Part shown: piece by piece, positions 28,639 to 40,031 of the stretch
Numbering within the stretch: position 1 is the stretch's first letter
Layout of the letters: the number at the start of each line of letters is the position of its first letter
Source of the DNA: Rickettsiales bacterium
GTDB taxonomy: Bacteria; Pseudomonadota; Alphaproteobacteria; Rickettsiales; UBA3002
Direction: 5' to 3'
Assembly (NCBI GenBank): GCA_027489915.1
Contig: JAIXZB010000028.1
Coordinates: 1 to 60,925, forward strand
DNA: 60,925 bases
Notes under the pieces: generated by a model
Seen by the model: only the letters and a program-made list of their open reading frames with translations
Told to the model about the DNA's origin: nothing
Database searches by the model: none
Position numbers and translations under genes: made by a program

Positions 28639-28654
28639 GCTAGAGAAACAGCGG

Positions 28655-30052
28655 TTACATGTGAATCACGCGTCCGTAAGCATCGAGCACGGATTCATGC
28701 ATCATTTCTGATAATGTTGGATGCGGGAAGATGGTGTGCATTAGATCTTCTTCGGTAGCTTCCATGGTTTTCGCAAGCACGAAACCCTGAATCATTTCGG
28801 TTACCTCAGCACCTACCATGTGTGCGCCGAGAAGCTCGCCCGTTTTGGCATCGAAGATGGTCTTGACCAAACCTTCTGGCTCGCCAAGGGCAACCGCTTT
28901 GCCGTTGCCCATGAAGGGAAAGCGACCCACTTTCAATTCGTAACCTTTTTCTTTGGCGGCGCGCTCGGTGAGGCCCACGCTTGCCACTTGCGGATTGCAA
29001 TAGGTGCAGCCAGGGATGTTTTCTTTTTTCATTGCGTGCGGGTGTTTGCCTGCAATGGCTTCTACGCAAATAATCGCTTCATGGCTGGCTTTGTGGGCAA
29101 GCCATGGGGCGCCTGTCACATCGCCAATCGCATAGATGCCTGCTTCGTGGGTGCGCATACATTCATCGGTCATGATATGGCCACGTTCGATTTTTACTTT
29201 GGTGCCTTCCAGCCCTAAATTTTCGGAATTACCTACGATGCCTACCGCCATTATCACGCGGTCGACTTTTAGTTTTTCTTCTTTGCCATCTTTGCCCTTG
29301 AGGGTTGCGGTGACACTGTCTTTGCCCTTCTCAAGCTTAGTGACGGTGGTGCTGGTTAGGATTTTCATGCCCTGTTTCTCAAACGCTTTGTGCGCGAATT
29401 TGGAAATGTCGTCATCTTCCACGGGAAGGACTCTATCCATTACCTCGACCACGGTCACATCAGCCCCCATGGTTTTGTAGAAGCTTGCGAACTCGATGCC
29501 GATTGCGCCGGAGCCCACTACCAAGAGCGATGCTGGCATGGTTTCTGGCACCATGGCTTCTTTGTAGGTGACAATCAGTTTTCCATCTGGCTCGAGCCCC
29601 GGAAGGGTGCGCGCCCGCGCGCCTGTGGCGATTATGATATGCTTGGCTTCGATATCGGCTACTTTTTTATCATCTTTAGTGACGCTAAGTTTACCTTTGC
29701 CCGCAAGTTTGGCTGCGCCATCATATACTGTCACCTTGTTTTTTTTCATTAGCCCGACAATGCCTTTATTCATTTGCGCCGAAACACCGCGCGAGCGTTC
29801 AACGATTTTTTTCAAATCGAAACTTGGTTTGCTCGCCGATAATCCAAACGCATCGAGATGGTTCAAATGCTGATAAATCTCTGCCGAACGCAGCAGGGCT
29901 TTAGTAGGGATACAGCCCCAGTTGAGGCAAATGCCGCCGAGATGTTCACGCTCTATCAGCGCTGCTTTCATGCCGAGTTGGCTTGCGCGAATGGCGGCCA
30001 CGTAGCCCCCTGGGCCACCGCCAATAATTGCTACATCATAAATATCTGCCAT
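28655..30052 (-). CDS. lpdA: dihydrolipoyl dehydrogenase (E3)
   Basis: FAD motif GGGPGGYVAAIRA, redox-active disulfide CLNWGCIPTK and C-terminal HPTLSE are all present. Confidence 0.95.
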   Translation of the reverse strand: MADIYDVAIIGGGPGGYVAAIRASQLGMKAALIEREHLGGICLNWGCIPTKALLRSAEIYQHLNHLDAFGLSASKPSFDLKKIVERSRGVSAQMNKGIVGLMKKNKVTVYDGAAKLAGKGKLSVTKDDKKVADIEAKHIIIATGARARTLPGLEPDGKLIVTYKEAMVPETMPASLLVVGSGAIGIEFASFYKTMGADVTVVEVMDRVLPVEDDDISKFAHKAFEKQGMKILTSTTVTKLEKGKDSVTATLKGKDGKEEKLKVDRVIMAVGIVGNSENLGLEGTKVKIERGHIMTDECMRTHEAGIYAIGDVTGAPWLAHKASHEAIICVEAIAGKHPHAMKKENIPGCTYCNPQVASVGLTERAAKEKGYELKVGRFPFMGNGKAVALGEPEGLVKTIFDAKTGELLGAHMVGAEVTEMIQGFVLAKTMEATEEDLMHTIFPHPTLSEMMHESVLDAYGRVIHM

Positions 30053-30071
30053 AATTTTCTCCGTTTAGTGC

Positions 30072-30449
30072 TTACCACACATCGGGGTCGATGGTGAGTT
30101 TGGGCTTGGTTGGTTGTGCAGGTGGCTCAGTGAGTGACACGCCGCTTGCGTTTGAGGACAAGAATTTGGGCGGCTGGGGTGGGGAATCCACCTTCACTCT
30201 CGGTGTCGCCGATAATTCCAGCTCTAGGCGCTTTTTGACTATGTAGCCCTCGCTGCTCGACGGTGAAACCATAGAACCGCGCTTGCAGTTCGGGCATAAC
30301 TCGGCAACGCCGTTGCGACGCCAGAAACTGTAAAGAGGGCCGGGTATTACGAAGGTTAGCCATATAAACCATTCCATTCCTTTGCTGCCACGCAGCTGTT
30401 TTTTTCCTCTACCTTCGTAGCCACACAGTGTGCAGATACGTTCTCCCAT
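30072..30449 (-). CDS. split zinc-ribbon membrane protein (LITAF-like architecture)
   Basis: 125 aa with CTLC, a hydrophobic stretch (WFIWLTFVIPGPLYSFW) and CPNC, followed by a Pro-rich tail. It is wedged between pdhC and lpdA. Confidence 0.55.
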   Translation of the reverse strand: MGERICTLCGYEGRGKKQLRGSKGMEWFIWLTFVIPGPLYSFWRRNGVAELCPNCKRGSMVSPSSSEGYIVKKRLELELSATPRVKVDSPPQPPKFLSSNASGVSLTEPPAQPTKPKLTIDPDVW

Positions 30450-30451
30450 GC

Positions 30452-31744
30452 TTACGCAAACATAAGAATAGGGTTTTCAATGTAATGCTTCAGAATTTGA
30501 AGGTATTCCGCCCCAAGTGCGCCATCGACTGCGCGGTGATCGACGGATAATGTGAGGTTCATGACATTCACGGCGGTAAAGTTGCCATTCTTTACTTTCA
30601 CCACTTCTTCGCCAGCACCTACAGCTAAAATACAGGCTTGAGGCGGGTTGATGATGGCTTGGAAGGTTTTGACGCCATACATACCCAGATTGGAAATCGA
30701 AAAACCACCACCCTGGAATTCTTCGGGCTTGAGTTTATTGTCGCGCGCTCGGGCGGCTAAATCTTTCATTTCAGTTGAAATCTGCGCGAGGGACTTTTGA
30801 TCCGCATTACGCACGATGGGGGTTATTAGGCCGCCTTCGGTTGCAACGGCAACCGAAATATCGACATTATTATATTGCACTATCGCATCATCATACCATG
30901 ACACATTACAGTTTGGTTTGTCGCGCAAGGCAAGGGCAGTGGCTTTGATGACCATGTCATTGACAGAAAGCTTAAGAGGCTTTCCATCTTTCCCTGCTTT
31001 TTTAGCGGCGAAATCATTGAGTTGCTGGCGAGCTGCAAGCAATGCATCTATCTCACACTCTACGGTTAGATAAAAATGCGGCACCTGCTGTTTGGATTCA
31101 AGCAAACGACGCGCAATCACTTTGCGCATGGACACGTTTGGCACCTGCACAAAGTCAACAGGATTGCGCCGTATTGAACCGCTGCGACCACCACCCGCTT
31201 CCACATCGGCACGTAGAATGCGCCCGTGAGGGCCTGTGCCAATCACGGTTGATATATCAATGCCTTTTTGAGCGGCCACGCGCTTGGCAAGAGGTGAGGC
31301 TTTGACGCGACCACCTGAAGATGCGACTGAAATTGCTGGTGCAGCGATGGGGGCTGCAGGTGCTTTACTAGCAACGGGTGCAACGCTTGGGGCTGCAACT
31401 GGCGCAGCGGAAGCAGCGGTTGCGGCAGGCGCTGAGGCAGCTTCTGCTTTTGGCGCAGGCGCTTCTTTGGGTTTCCAGCTATCCAGTGCTTTTTTATCTT
31501 CCCCTTCGGCTAAAATAAGGGCGATGGGCTGATTGACTTTCACGCCTTCGGTGCCTGCGTTGACAAGGATTTTGCCCATTACCCCCTCATCGACCGCTTC
31601 CACTTCCATGGTGGCTTTATCGGTTTCGATTTCTGCAATTACTTGGCCTGATTTGATTACATCGCCCTCTTTTTTGAGCCATTTGGCAAGGTTGCCTTCT
31701 GTCATGGTAGGAGATAGGGCGGGCATTAATACTTCTATTGGCAT
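30452..31744 (-). CDS. pdhC: pyruvate dehydrogenase E2 dihydrolipoamide acetyltransferase
   Basis: Has a lipoyl domain ([12 protein letters not shown]), an Ala/Pro linker, a subunit-binding domain and the catalytic motif DHRAVDG. Confidence 0.95.
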   Translation of the reverse strand: MPIEVLMPALSPTMTEGNLAKWLKKEGDVIKSGQVIAEIETDKATMEVEAVDEGVMGKILVNAGTEGVKVNQPIALILAEGEDKKALDSWKPKEAPAPKAEAASAPAATAASAAPVAAPSVAPVASKAPAAPIAAPAISVASSGGRVKASPLAKRVAAQKGIDISTVIGTGPHGRILRADVEAGGGRSGSIRRNPVDFVQVPNVSMRKVIARRLLESKQQVPHFYLTVECEIDALLAARQQLNDFAAKKAGKDGKPLKLSVNDMVIKATALALRDKPNCNVSWYDDAIVQYNNVDISVAVATEGGLITPIVRNADQKSLAQISTEMKDLAARARDNKLKPEEFQGGGFSISNLGMYGVKTFQAIINPPQACILAVGAGEEVVKVKNGNFTAVNVMNLTLSVDHRAVDGALGAEYLQILKHYIENPILMFA

Positions 31745-31786
31745 TGTCTTGTCCTTTGTTTTTCGCCGCTTACGCTGGCAATGAGA

Positions 31787-32521
31787 CTATCGTAATTCAA
31801 ATATCACCGTAACGCTTGAGCGCAAATCCTGCTCTCCCGTTGGGGGTGCGACGGCTTGGTCGCCAGCCGCACCTTCGGCCATGGCGGCTTTTGCCATCAT
31901 AAGCATGGGTTGTGGTTGGTAATTGGGCACTTCACTTTCGTTGATTTGGTACACGCCTGCAATGCGTGCACCTGCAGCTTCGGCCATATAATCGGCTTTG
32001 GTACGGGCGTTGCGAATGGCATCGCCTAGCATTTCTTCACGCAGTTTATCGGGATTGGAAAGGGTATAACTGGTATTGATAAGCTGGCCATATTCCTGCT
32101 GATTATTTTCCTCCAAACCGCTTGCCATGAGTTGTTCCACTACATCGGCAGTTTTTGTGATGTCAGCTACTTTAACATCGATGGAGGATTGCATGCGATA
32201 GCCGCGAAACTCTTGTTTATTATTTTCCCACACATAATAAGGCTGTACGGAGGAAGATTGGGTAGTTAAATGTTTGCGCTCAATCCTGTTTTTATCGGCT
32301 ATTGCGAATAACTTTTTGAGCTTTGCATCGTGGCGGGCTTTGACGACTGCCATTTTCATATCGGTTGCGCCGATTGTTACAATCACATGCGCTTCATCGG
32401 GTATCACCTTACGTTCGGCTTTGCCTGTTACAGTGATGGAGCGCACTGGAATCATCTCTGCACGGGCGGCGGAGGCAATCGCAAAGATGCCCAGAATTAC
32501 AAATCCTAGAAAATTACGCAT
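31787..32521 (-). CDS. SIMPL/DUF541-family periplasmic protein
   Basis: Starts with a signal peptide (MRNFLGFVILGIFAIASAARA) and has a DUF541-like body (ITVTGKAERKVIPDEA...). I start at the internal ATG to remove the 59-nt overlap with pdhB. The track ORF extends to 32590. Confidence 0.7.
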   Translation of the reverse strand: MRNFLGFVILGIFAIASAARAEMIPVRSITVTGKAERKVIPDEAHVIVTIGATDMKMAVVKARHDAKLKKLFAIADKNRIERKHLTTQSSSVQPYYVWENNKQEFRGYRMQSSIDVKVADITKTADVVEQLMASGLEENNQQEYGQLINTSYTLSNPDKLREEMLGDAIRNARTKADYMAEAAGARIAGVYQINESEVPNYQPQPMLMMAKAAMAEGAAGDQAVAPPTGEQDLRSSVTVIFELR

Positions 32522-32531
32522 GATGATTTCC

Positions 32532-33527
32532 TTATGCAGCTTTACCGATAGGTTGGCAGATATCGCGCGCAGCGCTTGCGATATCTTCAACCGATGGCAG
32601 GGCTAGTTTTTCTAAGTTCGCAGCGTATGGCATCGGTACATCCTTGCCAGTCACACGCACCATCGGAGCATCGAGTTCATCGAACAAATCTTCCATTGCA
32701 ATGGCAGCGATTTCGGAACCGATGCCAGCAACTGGCCAGCCCTCTTCCACCGAAATTAGGCGGTGTGTTTTGCGTACGGAGTCGATGATGGATTGCTTAT
32801 CGAGTGGGCGCAATGTGCGTAAATCAATCACTTCGGCATCGATGCCTTGCTTGGCAAGCTGTTCTGCTGCTTCGAGCGCCATGCGCACACAGATGGAGAA
32901 AGTCACAATGGTAACATCTTTGCCTGCGCGACGCACGAGTGCTTTGCCGATAGGCACGATATGGTCATCGCCTTCTGGCACTTCAAATTGCGAGCCGTAC
33001 ATCACTTCGTTTTCAAGGAATATCACTGGGTTTGGATCGCGAATGGCGGCTTTAAGCAAGCCCTTGGCATCGGCTGCATCATAGGGCGCTATCACTTTAA
33101 GTCCTGGGCAATGGGCGTACCAGCTTGCATAGCATTGCGAATGCTGGGCAGCCACGCGTGACGCCGCACCATTTGGGCCACGAAACACGATTGGGCATTT
33201 GATTTGACCACCTGACATGTAGAGTGTTTTGGCCGCAGAGTTGAGGATTTGGTCTATCGCCTGCATGGCGAAGTTCCATGTCATGAATTCGACCACTGGC
33301 TTCAGGCCCATCATCGCGGCACCTACACCAATGCCCGCAAATCCTTGTTCGGTAATAGGGGTGTCTATCACACGCTTGGCGCCAAATTCCTGAAGCAGGC
33401 CTTGGGTAACTTTGTAGGCACCCTGATATTCTGCCACTTCTTCGCCCATCACGAATACTTCTTCGTCGCGGCGCATTTCTTCTGCCATGGCATCGCGCAG
33501 GGCATCACGTACGGTTGTCATTGTCAT
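32532..33527 (-). CDS. pdhB: pyruvate dehydrogenase E1 beta subunit
   Basis: 331 aa with transketolase-like pyrimidine-binding and C-terminal domains ([21 protein letters not shown]...). Confidence 0.95.
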   Translation of the reverse strand: MTMTTVRDALRDAMAEEMRRDEEVFVMGEEVAEYQGAYKVTQGLLQEFGAKRVIDTPITEQGFAGIGVGAAMMGLKPVVEFMTWNFAMQAIDQILNSAAKTLYMSGGQIKCPIVFRGPNGAASRVAAQHSQCYASWYAHCPGLKVIAPYDAADAKGLLKAAIRDPNPVIFLENEVMYGSQFEVPEGDDHIVPIGKALVRRAGKDVTIVTFSICVRMALEAAEQLAKQGIDAEVIDLRTLRPLDKQSIIDSVRKTHRLISVEEGWPVAGIGSEIAAIAMEDLFDELDAPMVRVTGKDVPMPYAANLEKLALPSVEDIASAARDICQPIGKAA

Positions 33528-33539
33528 AAGCTCTTCTCC

Positions 33540-34562
33540 CTATTGCGTGATGTCTGTCCAAAGCTCGGAAATTTCTGGCTCTGGTGATTCTTTGGCGAAT
33601 TCAGCGGCATCGTTAATCACCGCTTTCACTTCATCTTCGATTTTCTTGAGCGCGCCCTCATCGCTCAATTTCTCTGAAAGCATTTTCTCGCGCAGGGTAT
33701 TGATGGGATCGCGCTGCTCTTTGAAACTTTCAACCTCTTCCTTACTGCGGTATTTCGCTGGATCAGACATTGAGTGGCCACGGTAACGGTAGGTATTTAC
33801 CTCGAGCAATAGCGGACCTTTGCCGCTGCGCACATATTCAACAGCTTCCACCCCTGCCTCATAGACTTTCAGCACATCCATACCATCCACCTTGCGGCCA
33901 GGGATGCCGAATGGTTCGCCTGATTTGAACAAATCGAGCGAACCATGGTGGCGCTTGACGGAAGTTCCCATCGCATATTCGTTATTTTCAATCACAAAGA
34001 TAATAGGAAGCTGCCAGAGTGCTGCCATGTTATAGGTTTCATAGACCTGACCCTGATTCGCTGCGCCATCGCCGTAATAACAGAAGCTGATATTATCGTT
34101 GCCACGGTATTTGTGAGCGAATGCAATGCCCGCACCGAGTGGCACGGATGCACCCACGATACCGTGACCGCCGTAAAAATGTTTCTCAACTGAAAACATA
34201 TGCATCGAGCCGCCCTTGCCTTTTGACACACCATCGATGCGGCCTGTTAGTTCGGCCATGATGCCTTTAGGATCCATTCCGCAGGCGAGCATGTGACCGT
34301 GATCGCGGTAGGTGGTGATGACGCAATCGCCTTCTTTGCTTGCGGCTTGCAGACCTATGACCACCGCTTCTTGGCCAATATAGAGATGACAGAAACCGCC
34401 GATTAAACCCATTCCGTAGAGCTGTCCTGCTTTTTCTTCGAAACGGCGAATGAGCAGCATGCTTTTATATAGCTCAAGCATTTTTGCCTTCGACAGCGCA
34501 GATGCCGAAGAACCGTTGGAGCGCAGTGGCTCGACATTATTTTTTGCGGCGGGTTTTGCCAT
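33540..34562 (-). CDS. pdhA: pyruvate dehydrogenase E1 alpha subunit
   Basis: Carries the TPP-binding motif YGDGAANQG...NN.YAMGT. The ATG at 34562 is preceded by GGAGG. The track ORF extends to 34661. Confidence 0.9.
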   Translation of the reverse strand: MAKPAAKNNVEPLRSNGSSASALSKAKMLELYKSMLLIRRFEEKAGQLYGMGLIGGFCHLYIGQEAVVIGLQAASKEGDCVITTYRDHGHMLACGMDPKGIMAELTGRIDGVSKGKGGSMHMFSVEKHFYGGHGIVGASVPLGAGIAFAHKYRGNDNISFCYYGDGAANQGQVYETYNMAALWQLPIIFVIENNEYAMGTSVKRHHGSLDLFKSGEPFGIPGRKVDGMDVLKVYEAGVEAVEYVRSGKGPLLLEVNTYRYRGHSMSDPAKYRSKEEVESFKEQRDPINTLREKMLSEKLSDEGALKKIEDEVKAVINDAAEFAKESPEPEISELWTDITQ

Positions 34563-34659
34563 GCATTTCCTCCCTGATGTGCGATTAGGATGCACATGTT
34601 TTTTTCGATGCCATAAAAGCAGTCGCACCTTTGTAGCTATCTTCGCGTGAAGTACAAGC

Positions 34660-34684
34660 AAAAACCCGCAGAATCCTGCGGGTT
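34660..34684 (-). terminator. intrinsic terminator downstream of the 861-aa ORF
   Basis: The minus strand reads AACCCGCAG-GATT-CTGCGGGTT followed by TTTGCTT. It is a perfect 9-bp stem, ~36 nt after the stop at 34720. Confidence 0.6.
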
Positions 34685-34719
34685 ATAGTGCAGTGCAGCA
34701 ATGTGGATTTTACGTAAGG

Positions 34720-37305
34720 TTAGGCGCTTAATCCAAAGCTGTGGCCAGCCGCCACCTCAGGGGTGGTAGGGGGGGCTTTGGATGAATCTTGCTGCGCGGG
34801 TTGCATATTGGTTGCCTGTGCACCTTGTGCAGCGCCCGATTGTTGGGCCTGCACTAAAGCCTGTTGCATGTTAGGATCACGTGGGGCGTTTTGTGTAACA
34901 GCAGCGGCTGATGGCGCGGCAACAGCTTGCTGAGGCGCTGGAGCGTCGGCAGCAGGTGGCGTGAACCCTGCCATAGTATCGCCCGCTACGGGTGTGCTTG
35001 GTCTAGTGAAGCGATTAATTATTGCACTGCCTAGCGCCGTTGCTGTTTGACGCAATGTTGTCTCTTGCAAATGCTCTGGAACACCTGCTGCTTTCTGGGC
35101 GGCAACAACACCTTCTTCTGCTGCAGTTCCTGTAACGAACCCACCCAAGCTGCTTGCAGTGGTTGCAGCACCACCAGCAACGACGGCTGCGAATTGTGCA
35201 TCCGAAATTTTACCCTGCGCGTGTTCTGCTCTTGCTTCATTAATGTTCATTGCAGCCATTCCGCCAGCTACTGCAGCGCCCACAAGGGGAACCTTAGATA
35301 ATAATCTACCACCAAAACGGCGAGCCAGCTGCCCAATACCAGGAGCATGTGCCGCATCTTCAGCCGCGTGTGCGGCGGCATTTGCTACTCCACTTGCAGG
35401 CGCTGCAGATGGTACTTGAGGTGAACTACCTTGTGGCCTGAAAATAAAATCAGGATCTGCATTTTTTACTGGCGCCTGTGATGGTGATGCAGATGCCTGA
35501 GAAGGCGCTGATGTTGGTGCCGCTGGTGCGCGGTAATCTGCTGGAAGCTCCACCCGAACTCCATTGTAACCATCTCCACCAACAACTTGGCGCGGTTGCG
35601 CTGCTGATTCAGTACCCGATGCGCTTTGTCGAACAAATGGCCCCTGCTCACCTGCCGCTACCGGCCTATCAGGGGTTGTTTGCGCTGTGCTTGGAGTAAC
35701 GCGTTCAGGTTGCTCTGGCACAGGCGGTGTTGATTGCGGAACTTCACGAGCAGCTAAGCCGTGCTGACCGCCGAGTCCACCTTCTCGACCCAATATAATG
35801 GGCTTGGGAGCAGATGTGGCTGGCGTAGATGGCTGAACACTTGCATTGTTGCGCGCGCGCATTTCCCTTATTTGCCCTGGGGTCAACCTTACATCATCTG
35901 CATTCATTTGCGCTGTGGTTCTTGCTGGTGGCTCTGTAGCAGATGCTTGTATTTTTTCGGCAGCTTCATTCATACGCGCTTGAATTGGATCTGCGGGTCT
36001 TACGATTGGTTCAACAGGGCGAGGCATTTCTGCATTATGCTGCGCAAGCATGCGTGCAGCCGCATCTCTGAATTCACCGCCTGTTTCTGCTGCTGCACTT
36101 GCTGTGCGGCTAGGTGAAGACGGCTGAAGTGGTTGCCTTAAAAGCGCTGCCTCTGTTGCAGTAGGTGATGGAGCACGTGGTGGTTCGGCTGCTGCCATAG
36201 CGCGGCCAAGACCACTATCTGGTGCTATTGGCGCTGTGGGAGCATACTGCACAGGTGCTCTATCTGGCATATTGCCAGTAATGCGTGTGTTGCCATCTGC
36301 ATCAACAGCAACCCTTGCTCCACCATCGGCGTTAATACCCGTGACATCACGTACTATAGTTGCAGCCTGAGGTGAGGCTCCTGTTTGTGCAAGTGAGCTG
36401 TTTATTGCAGCTTGAGCGATATCTCCGCCTTGGCGCTGCGCTATACGGCGGGCTTCTACTTTTTGTGCCGCAGGTTCGAGTTGGGCTCCGCTTAATGTTT
36501 GATTGAAATTACCTGTGTTTATAGCAGATTGCGTGTTTACTCCCAAGCCTGCAATGCTGCCTGCTGCATCGCGTTTTAGGCTTGTCAGCATAGCTTCAGC
36601 TTCGCGCCCAGTGAATCCTTGCAGTGCTTGCTGAGTTTGGCGCCCCACTACGGTTGACATTGACACCCTTACATCACCAGGGTTTGCGCCTGCCGTAATA
36701 CTTACATCAATTCGGGTACCAGAAAGACCCTCATGCTGATAAGAAAATTTGCCTGGTTCTGTCTGCGTAATGCTAATGGGGCCATTACGGCTCGTTTGCC
36801 CCACGGCAAGCGTGGGATGCATGGCTTCTGCCGCTATAGTATGCGCAGGTGCGCCAAGGCGTGTTTCAATATCCGCCGCTGCAGTAGCGGGGTTGCGCAC
36901 TATGGGATCTGGTGTTGCCTGAGGTGCGACTTGCTGCAAAAGGCTTGGCTGCGAAATGCGCGCATTTGGACCAGGTGTTACGTTCGCATAGGTGGCACGC
37001 ATGTGCGCATCTGGATCTACACCTGCAGGTAATTTTACGGTTTGAAAGGATCTATCGCCGCCCAAGTGATTAACAACACTTTCGGGATATATATTGTTGG
37101 CGCCTGTGGCGCGCTGTAATGCATCAAAATTACTGAAATGGTCTACTGATCCCGGAATAGAGTTGGGATTTATTGCACCGTTTTGGATAGCACGACCGAA
37201 CGCATCACCTACATCGCGCGAGAATATAAGGGTTGAAGTGCCATCAGGCTGACGCACCACGTAATATCCCATTCCCATTATGGATTTTTTTTCAGCGTTA
37301 GCCAC
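34720..37305 (-). CDS. hypothetical Pro/Ala-rich protein with glycine-zipper-like hydrophobic segments
   Basis: 861-aa ORF with a GTG start and GAGGG 4 nt upstream. I recognise no family and see no signal peptide. The long low-complexity P/A/Q/S regions are followed by VPLVGAAVAGGMAAM and AAVVAGGAATTASSLGGFVTGTAA near the C-terminal quarter. Confidence 0.6.
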   Translation of the reverse strand: MANAEKKSIMGMGYYVVRQPDGTSTLIFSRDVGDAFGRAIQNGAINPNSIPGSVDHFSNFDALQRATGANNIYPESVVNHLGGDRSFQTVKLPAGVDPDAHMRATYANVTPGPNARISQPSLLQQVAPQATPDPIVRNPATAAADIETRLGAPAHTIAAEAMHPTLAVGQTSRNGPISITQTEPGKFSYQHEGLSGTRIDVSITAGANPGDVRVSMSTVVGRQTQQALQGFTGREAEAMLTSLKRDAAGSIAGLGVNTQSAINTGNFNQTLSGAQLEPAAQKVEARRIAQRQGGDIAQAAINSSLAQTGASPQAATIVRDVTGINADGGARVAVDADGNTRITGNMPDRAPVQYAPTAPIAPDSGLGRAMAAAEPPRAPSPTATEAALLRQPLQPSSPSRTASAAAETGGEFRDAAARMLAQHNAEMPRPVEPIVRPADPIQARMNEAAEKIQASATEPPARTTAQMNADDVRLTPGQIREMRARNNASVQPSTPATSAPKPIILGREGGLGGQHGLAAREVPQSTPPVPEQPERVTPSTAQTTPDRPVAAGEQGPFVRQSASGTESAAQPRQVVGGDGYNGVRVELPADYRAPAAPTSAPSQASASPSQAPVKNADPDFIFRPQGSSPQVPSAAPASGVANAAAHAAEDAAHAPGIGQLARRFGGRLLSKVPLVGAAVAGGMAAMNINEARAEHAQGKISDAQFAAVVAGGAATTASSLGGFVTGTAAEEGVVAAQKAAGVPEHLQETTLRQTATALGSAIINRFTRPSTPVAGDTMAGFTPPAADAPAPQQAVAAPSAAAVTQNAPRDPNMQQALVQAQQSGAAQGAQATNMQPAQQDSSKAPPTTPEVAAGHSFGLSA

Positions 37306-37344
37306 TTCACCCTCATGCTTTTTTTACAGCATGGGGCAAAATGG

Positions 37345-37359
37345 TTAAAATGCCGTTAA
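37345..37359. promoter_or_regulatory. TTAA-N7-TTAA motif (CtrA-box consensus) upstream of the 861-aa orphan
   Basis: The exact string ttaaAATGCCGttaa lies 40-54 bp upstream of the GTG at 37305, in the 56-bp ftsB/orphan spacer. This is a motif match only. Confidence 0.3.
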
Positions 37360-37361
37360 AT

Positions 37362-37703
37362 TTACTTCATCAACATCACTTCGCCAGGGCGGCTTACGCC
37401 TAGCATGCGGCGCATTTGTTCATCGAGTAAATCTAGGTCGATGGAGCCGTCGCGTAGGCGTACTACACGAGATTCAAGGCGTTCGCGCTTAGATTTTGTT
37501 TCGGCCAGCTGCTTTTTCAAGCTTTGCAACTCTTGCTGTTCACGCACCAATGCATAAAGCCCGCGTTCGCCGTGGAAGGTATGAAACCCAAGGTAAAATA
37601 TGGCGCAGACAAGCAGAAGGGGGCGTGTGAAACGCCTGACGCATGAGCTGCACTGTGCGATGGACATCGCCAGCAAGGGGGCACCTTCCTTCAGTTTTTT
37701 CAT
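37362..37703 (-). CDS. ftsB: septum formation initiator family protein (FtsB/DivIC-like)
   Basis: 113 aa with one TM helix followed by a coiled coil (QQELQSLKKQLAETKSKRERLESRV). It is in the usual position downstream of eno. Confidence 0.75.
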   Translation of the reverse strand: MKKLKEGAPLLAMSIAQCSSCVRRFTRPLLLVCAIFYLGFHTFHGERGLYALVREQQELQSLKKQLAETKSKRERLESRVVRLRDGSIDLDLLDEQMRRMLGVSRPGEVMLMK

Positions 37704-37887
37704 CTTGGCTTATCCGAGCGTTCAGTGACTTGATGCACTTTAGGCCTGTATTTATGCAGAAGTTATAACAGGTTGGACGGAGTTTTTACAGCATATTTGT
37801 GAACTGGAATTCATCTAAATGCACTGGGTTGCAAACCTGTCACACCCTGTATCCGCGAGATTGATGCACAGCGCACTTCGCATTATT

Positions 37888-40030
<2,143 letters not shown>

Positions 40031-40031
<1 letters not shown>

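Noticed and set aside
32522-32590. An apparent 59-nt overlap between the SIMPL-like ORF and pdhB. Similar N-terminal ORF extensions occur in nagZ, SPOR, xthA, hpf, kdsD, kdsA, tpiA, pdhA, fmt and ddpX.
   Set aside because: In each case an internal start abuts the upstream stop or has a Shine-Dalgarno. It also restores the family-typical N-terminus, such as a signal peptide or a conserved first motif. The extensions are artefacts of longest-ORF calling.
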